DNA from: an uncultured Methylomirabilota bacterium
GTDB taxonomy: Bacteria > Methylomirabilota > Methylomirabilia > Methylomirabilales > 2-02-FULL-66-22
Length of the DNA: 64,000 nt
Direction of reading: 5' to 3'
Assembly (NCBI GenBank): GCA_963705305.1
Contig: OY970067.1
Span: 3,424,001 to 3,488,000 of the forward strand
Every line of letters starts with the position of its first letter. The stretch's first letter is position 1. Positions 18,506 to 29,013 of the stretch are shown here, piece by piece. A program made the position numbers and the translations under genes. Below the pieces are notes generated by a model, which saw nothing but the letters and a program-made list of their open reading frames with translations, was not told the origin of the DNA and searched no databases.

Positions 18506-21043
18506 ATGCGCCGTGCGAATTCTACTGCAGCTTGGCGTCCGTATCTAGCGGTATTTCTTGAGGCCACGCGGAAGGCCGCCCGCCTCTCGGACGGCTGGAC
18601 GGCGCCTCCCGCCCGCCCGCTGATTCCGCTGACGGCAGCCTTTACCCTCGGGATCGCTGCGGAAACGTTCCTGCTTGTTGGCCCCCTGGGCTGGATAGGG
18701 ATCGTGGGGCTGGCCCTGCTGGGGGCGGCGGCTGCCTGGTGGCTGCGATCCCATCGCGTCTTTTGGCTGCTCGCCATCCTGAGCTTCTTCTGTGTGGGCG
18801 GTCAGGCGGCGGCCGTGGCCTTCCTTGGGAATCCTCCCCACCACCTCAGCCGCCTTCCGGAGGAGCTCCTGGCCTCGCCCGTGCGACTGGAAGGCTGGGT
18901 GTCTGCACCCCCGGACCCCCAGCCCGCAGAAGCCGGAGATGCGGGCGATCCGGAGTGGACGCGATTCACGGTCGAAGTCACGCGTCTCCAGGCGGACGAG
19001 CGCTGGGTCGACGTCACGGGCCGGGCCAGGCTGACCGTGGCGGGAGCGCCGCTGGATGTCGCCTACGGGGATGAAGTCCGTGGGCTCTTCCAGCTGCGCC
19101 ACCCCCGGAAATTCCGCAATCCAGGCGCCTTCGACTATCCGGCGTACCTCGCCACCCGGGGAATCTTTCTGGAGGGGTGGGCACGGGAGCCGCTGGAGAT
19201 CGCGGCGGGCTCGCGGGGGTCGCCCATGCTGTCCGGGATCTTTCACCTGCGCCGCCTGCTGCTCCGGCGCTTGGAGGCCGCCATGCCGGCCTCTCAGGCG
19301 GCGCTGTTGCGGGCGGTCGTCCTGGGTGACCGCTCGGGCCTCACGCCTTCGGTCAATCAACGCTTTTTGGACTCGGGAACTTACCACATTTTGGCCATCT
19401 CCGGCCTGAATGTGAGCCTCCTGGCCGGGACGCTGTTCGGGTTCTTTCGCCTCCTCCGCCTCTCCTCTCGGGTCGGGGCCGCCGCCGCCGCGCTGCTCGT
19501 GACCGGGTATGCCGTCCTGGCGGGAGCCGGGCCGTCGGTGGTCCGGGCCGCCGTGATGGCCGACGTGTACCTGGCGGCCGTGGTGCTGGACCGGCGCGCC
19601 GATCTCTTGAACAGCCTGGCTCTTTCGGCGCTGCTGTTGCTGTGGTGGAATCCCCGATTCCTGGGCGACGTGGGCTTTCAACTCACCTACCTGGCCACCC
19701 TCGGCATCATCCTCGTGCTTCCACACTGCCAGGCGTCGCTCCAGCGATTTCCGCGCCCCCTGCGATTCGTGGGAGACTCCGTCGCCATCACCCTGGCAGC
19801 CACGGTGATGACGCTGCCCGTCCTGGCCGGGGCATTCAATCGTGTGGCCCCCGTCAGCATAGCGGCCAACATTGCCATCGTGCCCGTGAGCGGGATGATC
19901 ACGGCCCTGGGGGTTGCCGCCAGCGCCGCCTTCGCGGTGCTCCCCTCCGGGCTCTCCTGGCTCAACGTCGCGAACGGCTGGCTGGCGGATCTGCTCGTGG
20001 CGCTGGCTGGCTGGTTTGCCTCCTGGCCATGGAGCAGCGTGCGTGTCTATACCCCCATGCCGGGGATGGTGATCGCCTACTATGCCGGGGTGGCCGCCTG
20101 CGTTCTGGCGGCTGCCTCCCGAGGCAGGCAGGCGCGCCTGCGTCGGCGCTGGGCGTGCTGGCTGGCGCTGGCCTGCGCCCTCCTGCTGGCGGGCCAGGTG
20201 GTGCATCGGCTCTTTCCCGGACAGGAGCGCGCCGGGATCCGCCTCACCCTCTTGGATGTGGGGCAGGGGGAAGCCATTCTGATCGAGGCGCCGGGGAAAC
20301 GACGGATGCTGGTGGACACGGGCGGCCTGCCCGGCATGGGCCCGGACACCGGCCTGCAGGTGGTTGCCCCGTACCTCTGGCATGAGTGGATCGGCCGCCT
20401 GGATGTCCTGGTGCTCACCCACCCGGAGAGGGATCATGTCGGGGGAGTTCCCGCCGTGCTCCGGACATTCGAAGTCGGGGAGGTGTGGAGCGGCGAGATC
20501 ACCTCTGCCAGGTCGTTTGGTGTCTGGGTTCAGGAGTACCTCCGTTTGCGCAAGATTCCGCTGCGCATCGTGGCCGCGGGATCGCCCGTCCTCCGCTGGG
20601 GGGACACGGCCGTTGAGGTGCTACATCCCGGCGGGACGCCGGGCGGGGACATGCCGGCGGGCGGCCGTCGGAGGCTCAGCGCCAATGACCAGGCCCTGGT
20701 GCTCCGGATCAGCCTTGGAGACCGGACGGCCCTCCTCACCAGCGACATCGAGCGGGAGGGGGAGGCCGCCCTCCTGCGCGATGGCGGCTCCATCCGGGCC
20801 CAGGTCCTGACGGTGCCCCACCACGGCTCGCGCACCTCCAGCACCTGGCCCTTCCTCGATGCGGTCCGGCCGGAGGTGGCCCTGCTCTCGGTCGGGTACC
20901 GGAATCGCTATCATCATCCGCACCCGGAGGTTCTGGATCGCTACGCCACCCTCGGGATTCGGCTCCTTCGCACGGACCGGGACGGTGCCATCCGGGTAGA
21001 GATGAACCACGGCCGCGTCTGGGCCCACCCGCTCCAGGAGTAG
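18506..21043 (+). CDS. comEC: DNA uptake competence protein ComEC/Rec2
   Basis: NPGAFDY, HILAISGLNV, GFQLTY, LDVGQG, THPERDHVGG, VPHHGSRTSS, HPHPEVL..Y, RTDRDGAI. Confidence 0.95.
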   Translation: MRRANSTAAWRPYLAVFLEATRKAARLSDGWTAPPARPLIPLTAAFTLGIAAETFLLVGPLGWIGIVGLALLGAAAAWWLRSHRVFWLLAILSFFCVGGQAAAVAFLGNPPHHLSRLPEELLASPVRLEGWVSAPPDPQPAEAGDAGDPEWTRFTVEVTRLQADERWVDVTGRARLTVAGAPLDVAYGDEVRGLFQLRHPRKFRNPGAFDYPAYLATRGIFLEGWAREPLEIAAGSRGSPMLSGIFHLRRLLLRRLEAAMPASQAALLRAVVLGDRSGLTPSVNQRFLDSGTYHILAISGLNVSLLAGTLFGFFRLLRLSSRVGAAAAALLVTGYAVLAGAGPSVVRAAVMADVYLAAVVLDRRADLLNSLALSALLLLWWNPRFLGDVGFQLTYLATLGIILVLPHCQASLQRFPRPLRFVGDSVAITLAATVMTLPVLAGAFNRVAPVSIAANIAIVPVSGMITALGVAASAAFAVLPSGLSWLNVANGWLADLLVALAGWFASWPWSSVRVYTPMPGMVIAYYAGVAACVLAAASRGRQARLRRRWACWLALACALLLAGQVVHRLFPGQERAGIRLTLLDVGQGEAILIEAPGKRRMLVDTGGLPGMGPDTGLQVVAPYLWHEWIGRLDVLVLTHPERDHVGGVPAVLRTFEVGEVWSGEITSARSFGVWVQEYLRLRKIPLRIVAAGSPVLRWGDTAVEVLHPGGTPGGDMPAGGRRRLSANDQALVLRISLGDRTALLTSDIEREGEAALLRDGGSIRAQVLTVPHHGSRTSSTWPFLDAVRPEVALLSVGYRNRYHHPHPEVLDRYATLGIRLLRTDRDGAIRVEMNHGRVWAHPLQE

Positions 21044-21154
21044 CGGTCGAACGCTGCTGGCAACCGGGGCCGCGGACTTGGAGGCGGCCAGAGCCCTATT
21101 CACGGGATGTGCCTTGCCCTGCCTGCTCCCTGCCGCCAGGCGTCTGCAGGGGGG

Positions 21155-21721
21155 CTATTCGTAGATCTCCTCAAAGATCTTCCAGCCAAGCGGCGTCCGC
21201 CTCAACCGCCAGGTCACATCGTTCAGAATAAGGTCCTTGTCCCCTCCCTCACCCCTCGCATGCTCCCGTGTCACGCGGAGCTCCATACGGGCTTGAGCCG
21301 CGGCCAGATCTCCGGTGACCGTCAGGTGAAAATCTATCAAGGACACGGAGAGATCCTTGGCGGCACGGAAGAGGTCCACGTAGGCCATCATCAGTTCCTT
21401 TTTGCCGACGCTGATCTCGGACAGTGGCCCCGCCACGCCCAGGTATCTCTGGAAGCTCCCGACGTACAGGTCGTCGGCGTAGGGCTGCCTGAGGATGTCG
21501 AGAGACTTGTTTTCAATGCCCGCGGGGATCTTCTTCAGCGTGGTGAGGATCTGCTCCTCGTCCCGATTCTTCGGTCGGTAGAGCTGCATGGAGGTGGCGT
21601 TCAGGCATCCCCCCAAGATGAGAATGCCCACCAGGCCCACGAACATCCACGCCCGCCAGGCTGGGGCAGTCCTCGAGGAGGAGATGTTCAGTTCCGGAGA
21701 CAGCTTGCAGCCATTCAGCAT
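21155..21721 (-). CDS. Hypothetical lipoprotein, possibly NTF2/SnoaL-like fold
   Basis: GGAGG 5 nt before ATG 21721; hydrophobic stretch ending ILGGC lipobox; C-terminal VTGDLAAA...WRLRRTPLGWKIFEE resembles NTF2-like proteins (fold is inferred). Confidence 0.65.
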   Translation of the reverse strand: MLNGCKLSPELNISSSRTAPAWRAWMFVGLVGILILGGCLNATSMQLYRPKNRDEEQILTTLKKIPAGIENKSLDILRQPYADDLYVGSFQRYLGVAGPLSEISVGKKELMMAYVDLFRAAKDLSVSLIDFHLTVTGDLAAAQARMELRVTREHARGEGGDKDLILNDVTWRLRRTPLGWKIFEEIYE

Positions 21722-21738
21722 TCGAACCTCCTGTTTGT

Positions 21739-21924
21739 TCAGCGATGCATCAGGAAGCGCACCACGCAGCTCGGGCATCGCTGGAGGACCCGCACCAGTT
21801 CCGGGTTCTTGCCGGGCTTGCCAGCCGCCATCAGTGGAAGAGACTGGTACTGGGTCGGGATGGGCGCCCAGTCGACTCGGTGGTCCGGCACCGCCGGGCA
21901 AGAGATGGCATAGATCTTGGGCAT
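21739..21924 (-). CDS. Small 61-aa hypothetical protein with CPxxxxH and CxxC
   Basis: MPKIYAISCPAVPDHRV...LQRCPSCVVRFLMHR; GGAGG RBS; strong promoter upstream; stop lies just before the next gene's RBS. Confidence 0.6.
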   Translation of the reverse strand: MPKIYAISCPAVPDHRVDWAPIPTQYQSLPLMAAGKPGKNPELVRVLQRCPSCVVRFLMHR

Positions 21925-21957
21925 GGGGACCTCCGCCTCGATGAATGATCTCGTCTT

Positions 21958-21986
21958 TTTATACCCGAGACAGGCCCCTCTGACAA
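21958..21986 (-). promoter_or_regulatory. Sigma70 promoter
   Basis: TTGTCA-N17-TATAAA on the minus strand. Confidence 0.65.
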
Positions 21987-22052
21987 GGGGCCGCGCGCAG
22001 TTTGATCCGGAATCCGGCCTGGGCAGGCGGCGGACCTCGGGCGGGGGCACCG

Positions 22053-22913
22053 TCACGGCGAGGCGCGCAGGAGAATCCCGACGCCGAGGAGGGTGAGGCA
22101 GGCGCCCAGCAGCGCGTTCCAAGGAGGCAACTCTCCCAGGAGCAGCCACGCCAGCAGAATGCCGAAGGTGACCTCTTGGGTGGCGATCAGGTTCGGGAGA
22201 CTGGGATGAAGTCGTCGCAGCGCGGCGTTGTAGAGGGTGTGGCCAAGCGCCATGGGGAAGAGGGCCATGGCGACCACCGCCTCGACAGCCGGCACAGGAA
22301 TCGGCCGGGACAGGATGCCCAGGGCGAAGGGGGCCGTGGCGACCCCGGCGAAGAGGTATACCCAGCAAGCGTAGGCCAGCAGCGGGAGCCGGGCGCGCTC
22401 CCGGCGTCCAAAGAGGGAATAGAGGGCGAACGTGACCGCGGCTCCCAGGGCCAGAGCGTCTCCGAGCAGCATTCGGCGGGTGAGGGAGGGCCCGAAGCCG
22501 GCCAGGATGGCGACACCGACCAAGGCCACCAGGGCGCCCAGGAGCGTTCGGCGGGGGAGCGGCTCCCGCAAGACAAAACGGGACAGGCCGGCGATGAACA
22601 GGGGCGCCGTGTACGTCAAGGTCAGGCTGTGGGCCACGGTCGTAAAATAGAGCGATGCGATGAAAGTCAGAAAATGGAGAGCGGCAATGAGCCCGATGGG
22701 GATGAGCCGCCGACAGTCGGCGGCGCGGAGGGACAGCCGGTTGCCTACCGTCCAGGCGGCCAGGCCGACCAACAGCCCGCCCAACAGCATGCGCAGGCTG
22801 GTGACCTCTACGGGGGTCAGGGCCTCGGCCCACCGGACCAGGATGGCGCCCGTGGAAAAAAATCCGGTGGCGGCCACCGCCTGTCCCACCCCCACCCACT
22901 CGTCGCGCGTCAC
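22053..22913 (-). CDS. DMT/EamA family transporter
   Basis: About 10 TM helices; ASLYFTTVAHS..L.YTAPLF, GDALAL, GHTLYN.AL; start approximate. Confidence 0.88.
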   Translation of the reverse strand: MTRDEWVGVGQAVAATGFFSTGAILVRWAEALTPVEVTSLRMLLGGLLVGLAAWTVGNRLSLRAADCRRLIPIGLIAALHFLTFIASLYFTTVAHSLTLTYTAPLFIAGLSRFVLREPLPRRTLLGALVALVGVAILAGFGPSLTRRMLLGDALALGAAVTFALYSLFGRRERARLPLLAYACWVYLFAGVATAPFALGILSRPIPVPAVEAVVAMALFPMALGHTLYNAALRRLHPSLPNLIATQEVTFGILLAWLLLGELPPWNALLGACLTLLGVGILLRASP

Positions 22914-23039
22914 GGAGGGTGACGGTACCACATTCTGCGCCGGGAACCAAGGACTCCCGGCGGCCGCCGTGACGCCTTGGACCCGGTGGCGGGGGAAAGG
23001 GTTTGACATCCGAGAAGATCGCGTGTTACAAGGGATTTC

Positions 23040-24263
23040 ATGGGCCAAAGCGTGGCGCGCCAGGTCTACACCGTGAGCGCCCTCACCACCGGGATCAAAG
23101 CCGTCCTTGAGGACGGCTTTTCTGCCATATGGGTGGAAGGCGAGCTGTCCAACTTCAAACACCACACCTCCGGGCACATGTACTTCACGCTGAAAGACGC
23201 CCAGGCGCAGATCCGGGGGGTGATGTTCCGAGGGAACAACCGCCTGTTGAAGTTTCACCCCAAAGACGGCCTGGCGGTGCTGGTGTTCGGGGCGCTGACG
23301 GTCTACGAGCGGCGCGGCGAGTACCAGATCGTCGTCGAGTTCATGGAGCCGAAAGGCCTGGGGGCGCTCCAACTCGCCTTCGAGCAGCTCAAGGCCAAGC
23401 TGGAGGCTGAAGGGCTCTTCGACCCGGCGCGGAAGCGCCCGCTGCCGCGTTTGCCCCGGCAGGTGGGCATCATCACGTCCCCCACGGGCGCGGCGATTCG
23501 GGACCTCCTCACCATCATCGGGCGGCGGTTTCCGGGGCTGGCGGTGCTGATTCACCCGGTGCAGGTCCAGGGAGATCAGGCTGCGCCCGAGATCGCGGCG
23601 GCCCTCCGGCGGCTGGGCGCGCGCGCCGACCTGGATGTCCTGATCCTGGCTCGCGGGGGCGGGTCCCTGGAGGATCTGTGGGCGTTCAACGAGGAGGTCG
23701 TCGCCCGGGCCATCGCGGACTGCCCCCTCCCGGTGATCTCGGCCGTGGGGCATGAGACGGACGTGACCATCGCCGACTTCGTGGCGGATCTCCGGGCCCC
23801 CACCCCTTCGGCGGCGGCGGAGCTGGTCTCCGCGCAGCGGAACGAGCTTCGCCAGCGCGTGGATGAGCTGGCGGCCAGAGGCGCGGCCGCGGTCCAGGGG
23901 CTCGTGGCGGCGCGCGGCCAGCGCGTGCGAATGCTGGGGCGCCATCTGGCGCTTCTGAATCCCGTCGCCCAGGTGGGGCGACAGCGCGAGCGGGTGGTGC
24001 AGCTGTCGCGGCGGCTGGGGCTCTGGTGGCAGACCGCGCGGGCGCTGTACTGGGAGCGGCTGCGCCGCCTGACCGGAACGCTGGAATCACTCAGCCCCCT
24101 GGGGATCCTGGCGCGAGGATACAGCATCTGCTTTGCCCTCCCCGATCGGCGCGTCCTGAAGGGCTCGGAGGAGAGCGCGGTCGGGGAGGATGTGGTGGTG
24201 CGGCTGCATCGCGGGGAGCTGGAGTGCCGGGTGCGCGTGGTTCGCGCCGGCGGGGAGGGTTAG
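23040..24263 (+). CDS. xseA: Exodeoxyribonuclease VII large subunit
   Basis: WVEGELSN, SGHMYFTLKD, RGGGSLEDLWAFNEE, SAVGHETD, RAPTPSAAAE. Confidence 0.97.
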   Translation: MGQSVARQVYTVSALTTGIKAVLEDGFSAIWVEGELSNFKHHTSGHMYFTLKDAQAQIRGVMFRGNNRLLKFHPKDGLAVLVFGALTVYERRGEYQIVVEFMEPKGLGALQLAFEQLKAKLEAEGLFDPARKRPLPRLPRQVGIITSPTGAAIRDLLTIIGRRFPGLAVLIHPVQVQGDQAAPEIAAALRRLGARADLDVLILARGGGSLEDLWAFNEEVVARAIADCPLPVISAVGHETDVTIADFVADLRAPTPSAAAELVSAQRNELRQRVDELAARGAAAVQGLVAARGQRVRMLGRHLALLNPVAQVGRQRERVVQLSRRLGLWWQTARALYWERLRRLTGTLESLSPLGILARGYSICFALPDRRVLKGSEESAVGEDVVVRLHRGELECRVRVVRAGGEG

Positions 24264-24509
24264 GTGGGGGAACCGACCTTCGAAGAGGCCTTGGATCAAC
24301 TGGAGACCTTGGTGGCGCGCCTGGAGGCCGGGGATCTTCCGCTGGAGGAGGCGCTCAAGACCTTCGAAGAGGGAGTCCGGCTGACCCGGCTCTGCTCCGC
24401 GCGCCTAGAAGACGCCGAGCGGCGCGTCCGGCTCCTCGTTCCGTCGCCCGACGGGACGGAACGGGAAGTTCCTTTCGACGTGGGGACAGAAGGGGAGACC
24501 CATGAGTGA
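24264..24509 (+). CDS. xseB: Exodeoxyribonuclease VII small subunit
   Basis: TFEEALDQLE.LV.RLE.GDLPLEEAL..FEEGV.L. Confidence 0.95.
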   Translation: MGEPTFEEALDQLETLVARLEAGDLPLEEALKTFEEGVRLTRLCSARLEDAERRVRLLVPSPDGTEREVPFDVGTEGETHE

Positions 24510-25410
24510 CGTGGGGCCGGGGGACACCCTGGCTGGGATGATGACAGAGCGGCGGAAGCTCGTGGATGCGGCTCTGGACCGCTGGCTGCCGGAGGCGGGG
24601 GATCGCCCGCCCAAGATCCATGAGGCCATGCGATACAGCGTCTTTGCGGGCGGCAAGCGCTTGCGGCCGTTGCTGGCCCTCTTGGCCTGCGAGGCCGTGG
24701 GGGGGAAGCCCGAAGATGCCCTGCCCGCCGCCGCGGCCCTGGAGATGATTCACACCTATTCGCTCATTCACGACGACCTGCCGGCCATGGATGACGACGA
24801 CTTCCGGCGTGGGCGGCCGACCTGTCACAAGGCCTTCGGGGAGGCCATCGCCATTCTGGCCGGGGACGCCCTCCTGACCCAGGCCTTCCAGGTGCTGGCC
24901 GACCCGGCCGCCGGCGGCGTGCCGCCCGCCCGCCGGCTCCAGATCATCGCTGAGATCGCCGAGGCTGCCGGCAGCCTCGGGATGGTGGGGGGGCAGGCCC
25001 AGGACATTCTGGCCGAGGGTCAACACATCGATCTGGCCACGCTCCTGTATCTGCATACGCACAAGACCGGGGCGTTGATTCGCGCTTCCATTCGCGCGGG
25101 GGGGATCGCCGGTGGGGCGGAAGGGGACCGGCTGGAAGCCCTCACACGGTTTGGTGTTAAGGTCGGTCTGGCGTTCCAGATCGTGGACGACATTCTGGAC
25201 ATCGAAGGCAGCAGTGAGCTGCTCGGCAAGACCGTCGGGAGCGACGCGCGAAAGAAGAAGGCCACCTATCCCGCCGTGGTGGGTATGGAGGAATCCCGGC
25301 GCGAGGCGGCCAGCCTGCTGGCGGAGGCCAAGGAGGCCTTGCGGCCTCTGGGTCCCGCCGCCGAGCCGCTCCTTGCCTTGGCGGATTTTGTGGGTCAGCG
25401 GCGGCACTGA
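24502..25410 (+). CDS. ispA: Farnesyl/geranylgeranyl diphosphate synthase
   Basis: GGKRLRP, SLIHDDLPAMDDDDFRRG, FQIVDDILD. Confidence 0.95.
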   Translation: MSDVGPGDTLAGMMTERRKLVDAALDRWLPEAGDRPPKIHEAMRYSVFAGGKRLRPLLALLACEAVGGKPEDALPAAAALEMIHTYSLIHDDLPAMDDDDFRRGRPTCHKAFGEAIAILAGDALLTQAFQVLADPAAGGVPPARRLQIIAEIAEAAGSLGMVGGQAQDILAEGQHIDLATLLYLHTHKTGALIRASIRAGGIAGGAEGDRLEALTRFGVKVGLAFQIVDDILDIEGSSELLGKTVGSDARKKKATYPAVVGMEESRREAASLLAEAKEALRPLGPAAEPLLALADFVGQRRH

Positions 25411-25446
25411 ATCGCATCGCCGCGAGGGAAAGGGAAGGAGAACGTC

Positions 25447-27351
25447 GTGTACCTGGAGCTCATCGAATCGCCGGCCGACCTCAAGCGGCTGAACCGGTCG
25501 GAGTTGCAGATAGTGGCGAAGGAGATCCGCACCCTCATCATCCAGACGGTGGCCCGCACGGGGGGGCATCTGGCCTCCAACCTGGGGTCGGTGGAGCTGA
25601 CCCTGGCGCTCCACTACCTGTTCGACTCGCCCCGGGACAAGATCATCTGGGATGTCGGGCATCAGGCCTACGCCCATAAGATCCTGACCGGGCGCCGGGA
25701 CCGCTTTCATACACTGCGCCAGGAGGGGGGAATCAGCGGCTTCACCCGCCGCAGCGAGAGCCCGCACGATCCGTTCGGAGCCGCCCACGCCGGCACGGCG
25801 CTGTCCGCCGCCTTGGGGGTGGCCGAGGCCCGCGACCTGGTCGGGCAGGGCTTCCACGTCGTGGCGCTGGTGGGAGACGGGGCCCTGACCTCCGGCCTGG
25901 TCTGGGAAGGGCTAAACCAGATCGGCGACCTGCGGCCCGATATCCTGGTCGTCCTGAACGACAACACCATGTCCATCTCGCCCAACGTGGGGGCCGTCTC
26001 TGCCTACCTGAACCGGGTGATGACGGGCCGTCTGGCGACCCGGGTTCGCCAGGAGACCAAGAGCTTCCTGGGACAGATCCCGCGGGTGGGCAGCCAGATC
26101 GCGGACATGGCCAAGCGCGTCGAGGCGATGGCCAAGGGGTTGGTGACGCCGGGCGTCCTGTTCGAGGAGCTGGGGTTCACCTATGTGGGGCCGCTGGATG
26201 GACACAACCTGGGGCATCTCCTGGATACTCTGGAGAACGTGCGGCGGCTGCCGGGACCTGTCCTGATGCACGTGGTCACGGTCAAGGGAAAGGGCTACGC
26301 CCCGGCGGAGGGGGACTCCGTGACGTGGCACGGCGCCGCCCCCTTCGAGGTGGAGACCGGTGCGTTCCTCAAGAAGCCCGGCCCCAAGACCTATACCGCG
26401 GCCTTCGGCGAGGCCATGATCAAGCTGGCCGGCGAGGACGAGCGGATCGTGGGCATCACGGCGGCCATGGCCGAGGGGACGGGCCTGGCGAAGTTCAAGG
26501 AGGCGCATCCCGCCCGCTGCTACGACGTTGGGATCGCGGAGCAACACGCCGTGGTCTTCGCGGCCGGGCTGGCCACGCAGGGCCTGCGCCCGGTCGTGGC
26601 CATCTACTCGACGTTCCTCCAGCGGGCCTACGACCAGGTGATTCACGATGTCTGCCTGCAAAATCTCCCCGTCACCTTCGCCATGGATCGGACCGGGATC
26701 GTGGGGGACGACGGACCCACGCACCAGGGGCTGTACGATCTCGCCTATCTCCGCACGGTGCCCAACCTCGTCATCCTGGTCCCGCGCGACGAAAACGACC
26801 TGCAGCACTGCCTGAAGACGGCGGTGTCGCATGCGGGGCCCGCCGCCGTCCGCTATCCGCGGGGGCAGGGAGACGGGGTGTCCATCGATCAGGAGGCCAG
26901 GGTCTATCCGCTGGGGACGGCCGAGCTGCTCCGCGAGGGGGAGGACGTGCTGCTGTTGCCGCTGGGGACCATGGTCCAGCCCGCCCTGGAGGCGGCGGAG
27001 GCGCTCCAGGAGCGAGGCATCTCGGCGGCGGTCGTGAACCCCCGCTTCGTGAAGCCGCTGGACCGGGCGCTCATTCCGGACGTGGCTCGCCGGGTGGGCC
27101 GGGTGATCACGATCGAAGAGCACGCGCTGGCCGCCGGTTTCGGCTCCGCCGTGTTGGAGCTATTTCAGGAGCTGGAGCTCACCCGGGTGCAAGTCCACCG
27201 CCTCGGCATTCCGGATGTCCTGGTCGAGCAGGGGAGCCAGCAGGCGATGCGCCGCCGCTACGGGCTGTCATCCGAGGGGATCCAGGAGGCGGCGGAGGCG
27301 CTGGTGAAGGTGCGGCGGTTCGGCCTGCAGCGGGGGGAAATCGTGGCGTGA
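25447..27351 (+). CDS. dxs: 1-deoxy-D-xylulose-5-phosphate synthase
   Basis: GGHLASNLG, WDVGHQAY.HKILTGR, GIAEQHAV, YSTFLQRAYDQ. Confidence 0.98.
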   Translation: MYLELIESPADLKRLNRSELQIVAKEIRTLIIQTVARTGGHLASNLGSVELTLALHYLFDSPRDKIIWDVGHQAYAHKILTGRRDRFHTLRQEGGISGFTRRSESPHDPFGAAHAGTALSAALGVAEARDLVGQGFHVVALVGDGALTSGLVWEGLNQIGDLRPDILVVLNDNTMSISPNVGAVSAYLNRVMTGRLATRVRQETKSFLGQIPRVGSQIADMAKRVEAMAKGLVTPGVLFEELGFTYVGPLDGHNLGHLLDTLENVRRLPGPVLMHVVTVKGKGYAPAEGDSVTWHGAAPFEVETGAFLKKPGPKTYTAAFGEAMIKLAGEDERIVGITAAMAEGTGLAKFKEAHPARCYDVGIAEQHAVVFAAGLATQGLRPVVAIYSTFLQRAYDQVIHDVCLQNLPVTFAMDRTGIVGDDGPTHQGLYDLAYLRTVPNLVILVPRDENDLQHCLKTAVSHAGPAAVRYPRGQGDGVSIDQEARVYPLGTAELLREGEDVLLLPLGTMVQPALEAAEALQERGISAAVVNPRFVKPLDRALIPDVARRVGRVITIEEHALAAGFGSAVLELFQELELTRVQVHRLGIPDVLVEQGSQQAMRRRYGLSSEGIQEAAEALVKVRRFGLQRGEIVA

Positions 27352-28143
27352 CGGTCGCCCGGCGGCGGATCGATCTCCTGCTGGTCGAGCGCGGCCTGGC
27401 CGCCAGCCGCGAGGACGCGCAGCGGCTCATCCTGGCGGGCAAAGTGCAGGCGGCGGGGCGGCGCGTCGAGAAGGCGGGCACGCCGGTGCCGCTGGAAATC
27501 CCGCTTCAGGTGGCAGGGCCCGCCCACCCGTTTGTGAGCCGGGGCGGCCTCAAGCTCCAGCACGGACTGGAGGCATTCCGGCTGGATCCGTGCGGCCGCG
27601 TCTGCCTGGATGTGGGGTCCTCGACCGGCGGCTTCACCGACTGCCTGCTGCAAGCGGGAGCGCGCCGGGTGATCGCGGTGGATGTGGGGTACGGCCAGCT
27701 GGCCGCACGCCTGCGGGCCGATCCCCGCGTGCAGGTGCTGGAGCGGACGAACATCCGGCACCTGGAGCCTTCCCGTCTTGCGGATCGCCCCGACCTGGCG
27801 ACCATCGACGTGTCGTTCATCTCGCTGGCGCTGGTGCTGCCGGCGGTGCGCCGGCTGCTGGCCCTCCCCTCCAACGTCGTGGCGCTGGTCAAGCCGCAGT
27901 TCGAGGTGGGGAAGGGGCAGGTCGGGAAACGGGGAGTCGTTCGCGACCCCGCGCTGCATCGGGCGGTGCTCGAGCGCACCGCTGCCGTTGCGAGGGAAGA
28001 GGGCTTCACGGTGTCCGGGATGGCGGCCTCTCCCCTCCTCGGTCCCATGGGCAACCGGGAATTCCTGATGTATCTCTGTGTCGGAGGGGTCGGGTCCGAA
28101 CGTCGGCGGGCTCATCGATCGGGTCCTGGCCCCTGCCGGGTGA
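27348..28143 (+). CDS. tlyA: TlyA rRNA methyltransferase; apparent frameshift near 28080-28090 (as sequenced the frame runs to 29123)
   Basis: S4 domain, FVSRGGLKL, DVGSSTGGFTDCLLQ, DVSFISL, KPQFE, GNREFL; the +1 frame gives ...VGGLIDRVLAPAG* ending at 28143, just before the nadK RBS. Confidence 0.88.
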
Positions 28144-28149
28144 GGAGCC

Positions 28150-29007
28150 ATGCAGCGCATCGGCATTGCGGTCAAGCCGCACAAACCCGAAGCCGCGCCG
28201 GTCCTCCGGGCGCTGGTGGACTGGCTGCGCAAGCGGGACTGCGCGGTGCTGTGGGACCGGGAGGCGGAGGCCCTCTGCCCCGACCTGGGGCCCGGTGCCC
28301 CTCGAGCCAACGTCGTGGCCGGGGTGGACCTGATGATCGTTCTGGGAGGGGACGGGACGCTGCTCTCGGTCGCCCGGCTCACGGGACCGCGGGAGGTGCC
28401 GATCCTGGGGGTGAATCTGGGCGGCTTGGGGTTCCTCACGGAGGTGACCCTCCAGGAGCTCTTCCCCAGCCTGGAGGCGGTCCTGGAAGACCGGTTTGCC
28501 GTGAGCCGGCGGCTGACCCTGCGGGCGGAGGTGCAGCGCGGCGGGGAGGTCATCGCCGGCTATCAGGCCCTCAACGATGCGGTCGTCAACCAGCGGGCCC
28601 CCTCCCGCGTTGTGGACCTGGAGGTGCACGTCAACGGCGAGTACGTGGCCACCTTCCGGGCCGACGGGCTGATCGTCGCCACGCCGACCGGCTCCACCGC
28701 CTACTGTCTCTCCGCCGGCGGTCCCATCATCTATCCGTCGCTGCCGGCCGTGGTGATCATTCCCATCTGCCCCCACACGTTGACGAATCGTCCGCTGGTC
28801 CTGTCCGATACGGCCCTGGTCGAGATCCGGCAGGGCTCGGCCGGCGACAACGTCCACCTGACGGTGGACGGGCAGGAGGACGTGCCGGTGCGCTTCGGGG
28901 ATGTGGTCTCCATCCGGCGCTTGGATCGAACCATCACGCTGGTCAAGTCCCCCAAGCTGAACTACTTCGAGCTGCTGCGAACCAAGCTGCGCTGGGGGGA
29001 GCGCTAA
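28150..29007 (+). CDS. nadK: NAD kinase
   Basis: GGDGTLL, GVNLGGLGFL, LND, DGLIVATPTGSTAY.LSAGGP. Confidence 0.97.
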   Translation: MQRIGIAVKPHKPEAAPVLRALVDWLRKRDCAVLWDREAEALCPDLGPGAPRANVVAGVDLMIVLGGDGTLLSVARLTGPREVPILGVNLGGLGFLTEVTLQELFPSLEAVLEDRFAVSRRLTLRAEVQRGGEVIAGYQALNDAVVNQRAPSRVVDLEVHVNGEYVATFRADGLIVATPTGSTAYCLSAGGPIIYPSLPAVVIIPICPHTLTNRPLVLSDTALVEIRQGSAGDNVHLTVDGQEDVPVRFGDVVSIRRLDRTITLVKSPKLNYFELLRTKLRWGER

Positions 29008-29013
29008 CGAAGG

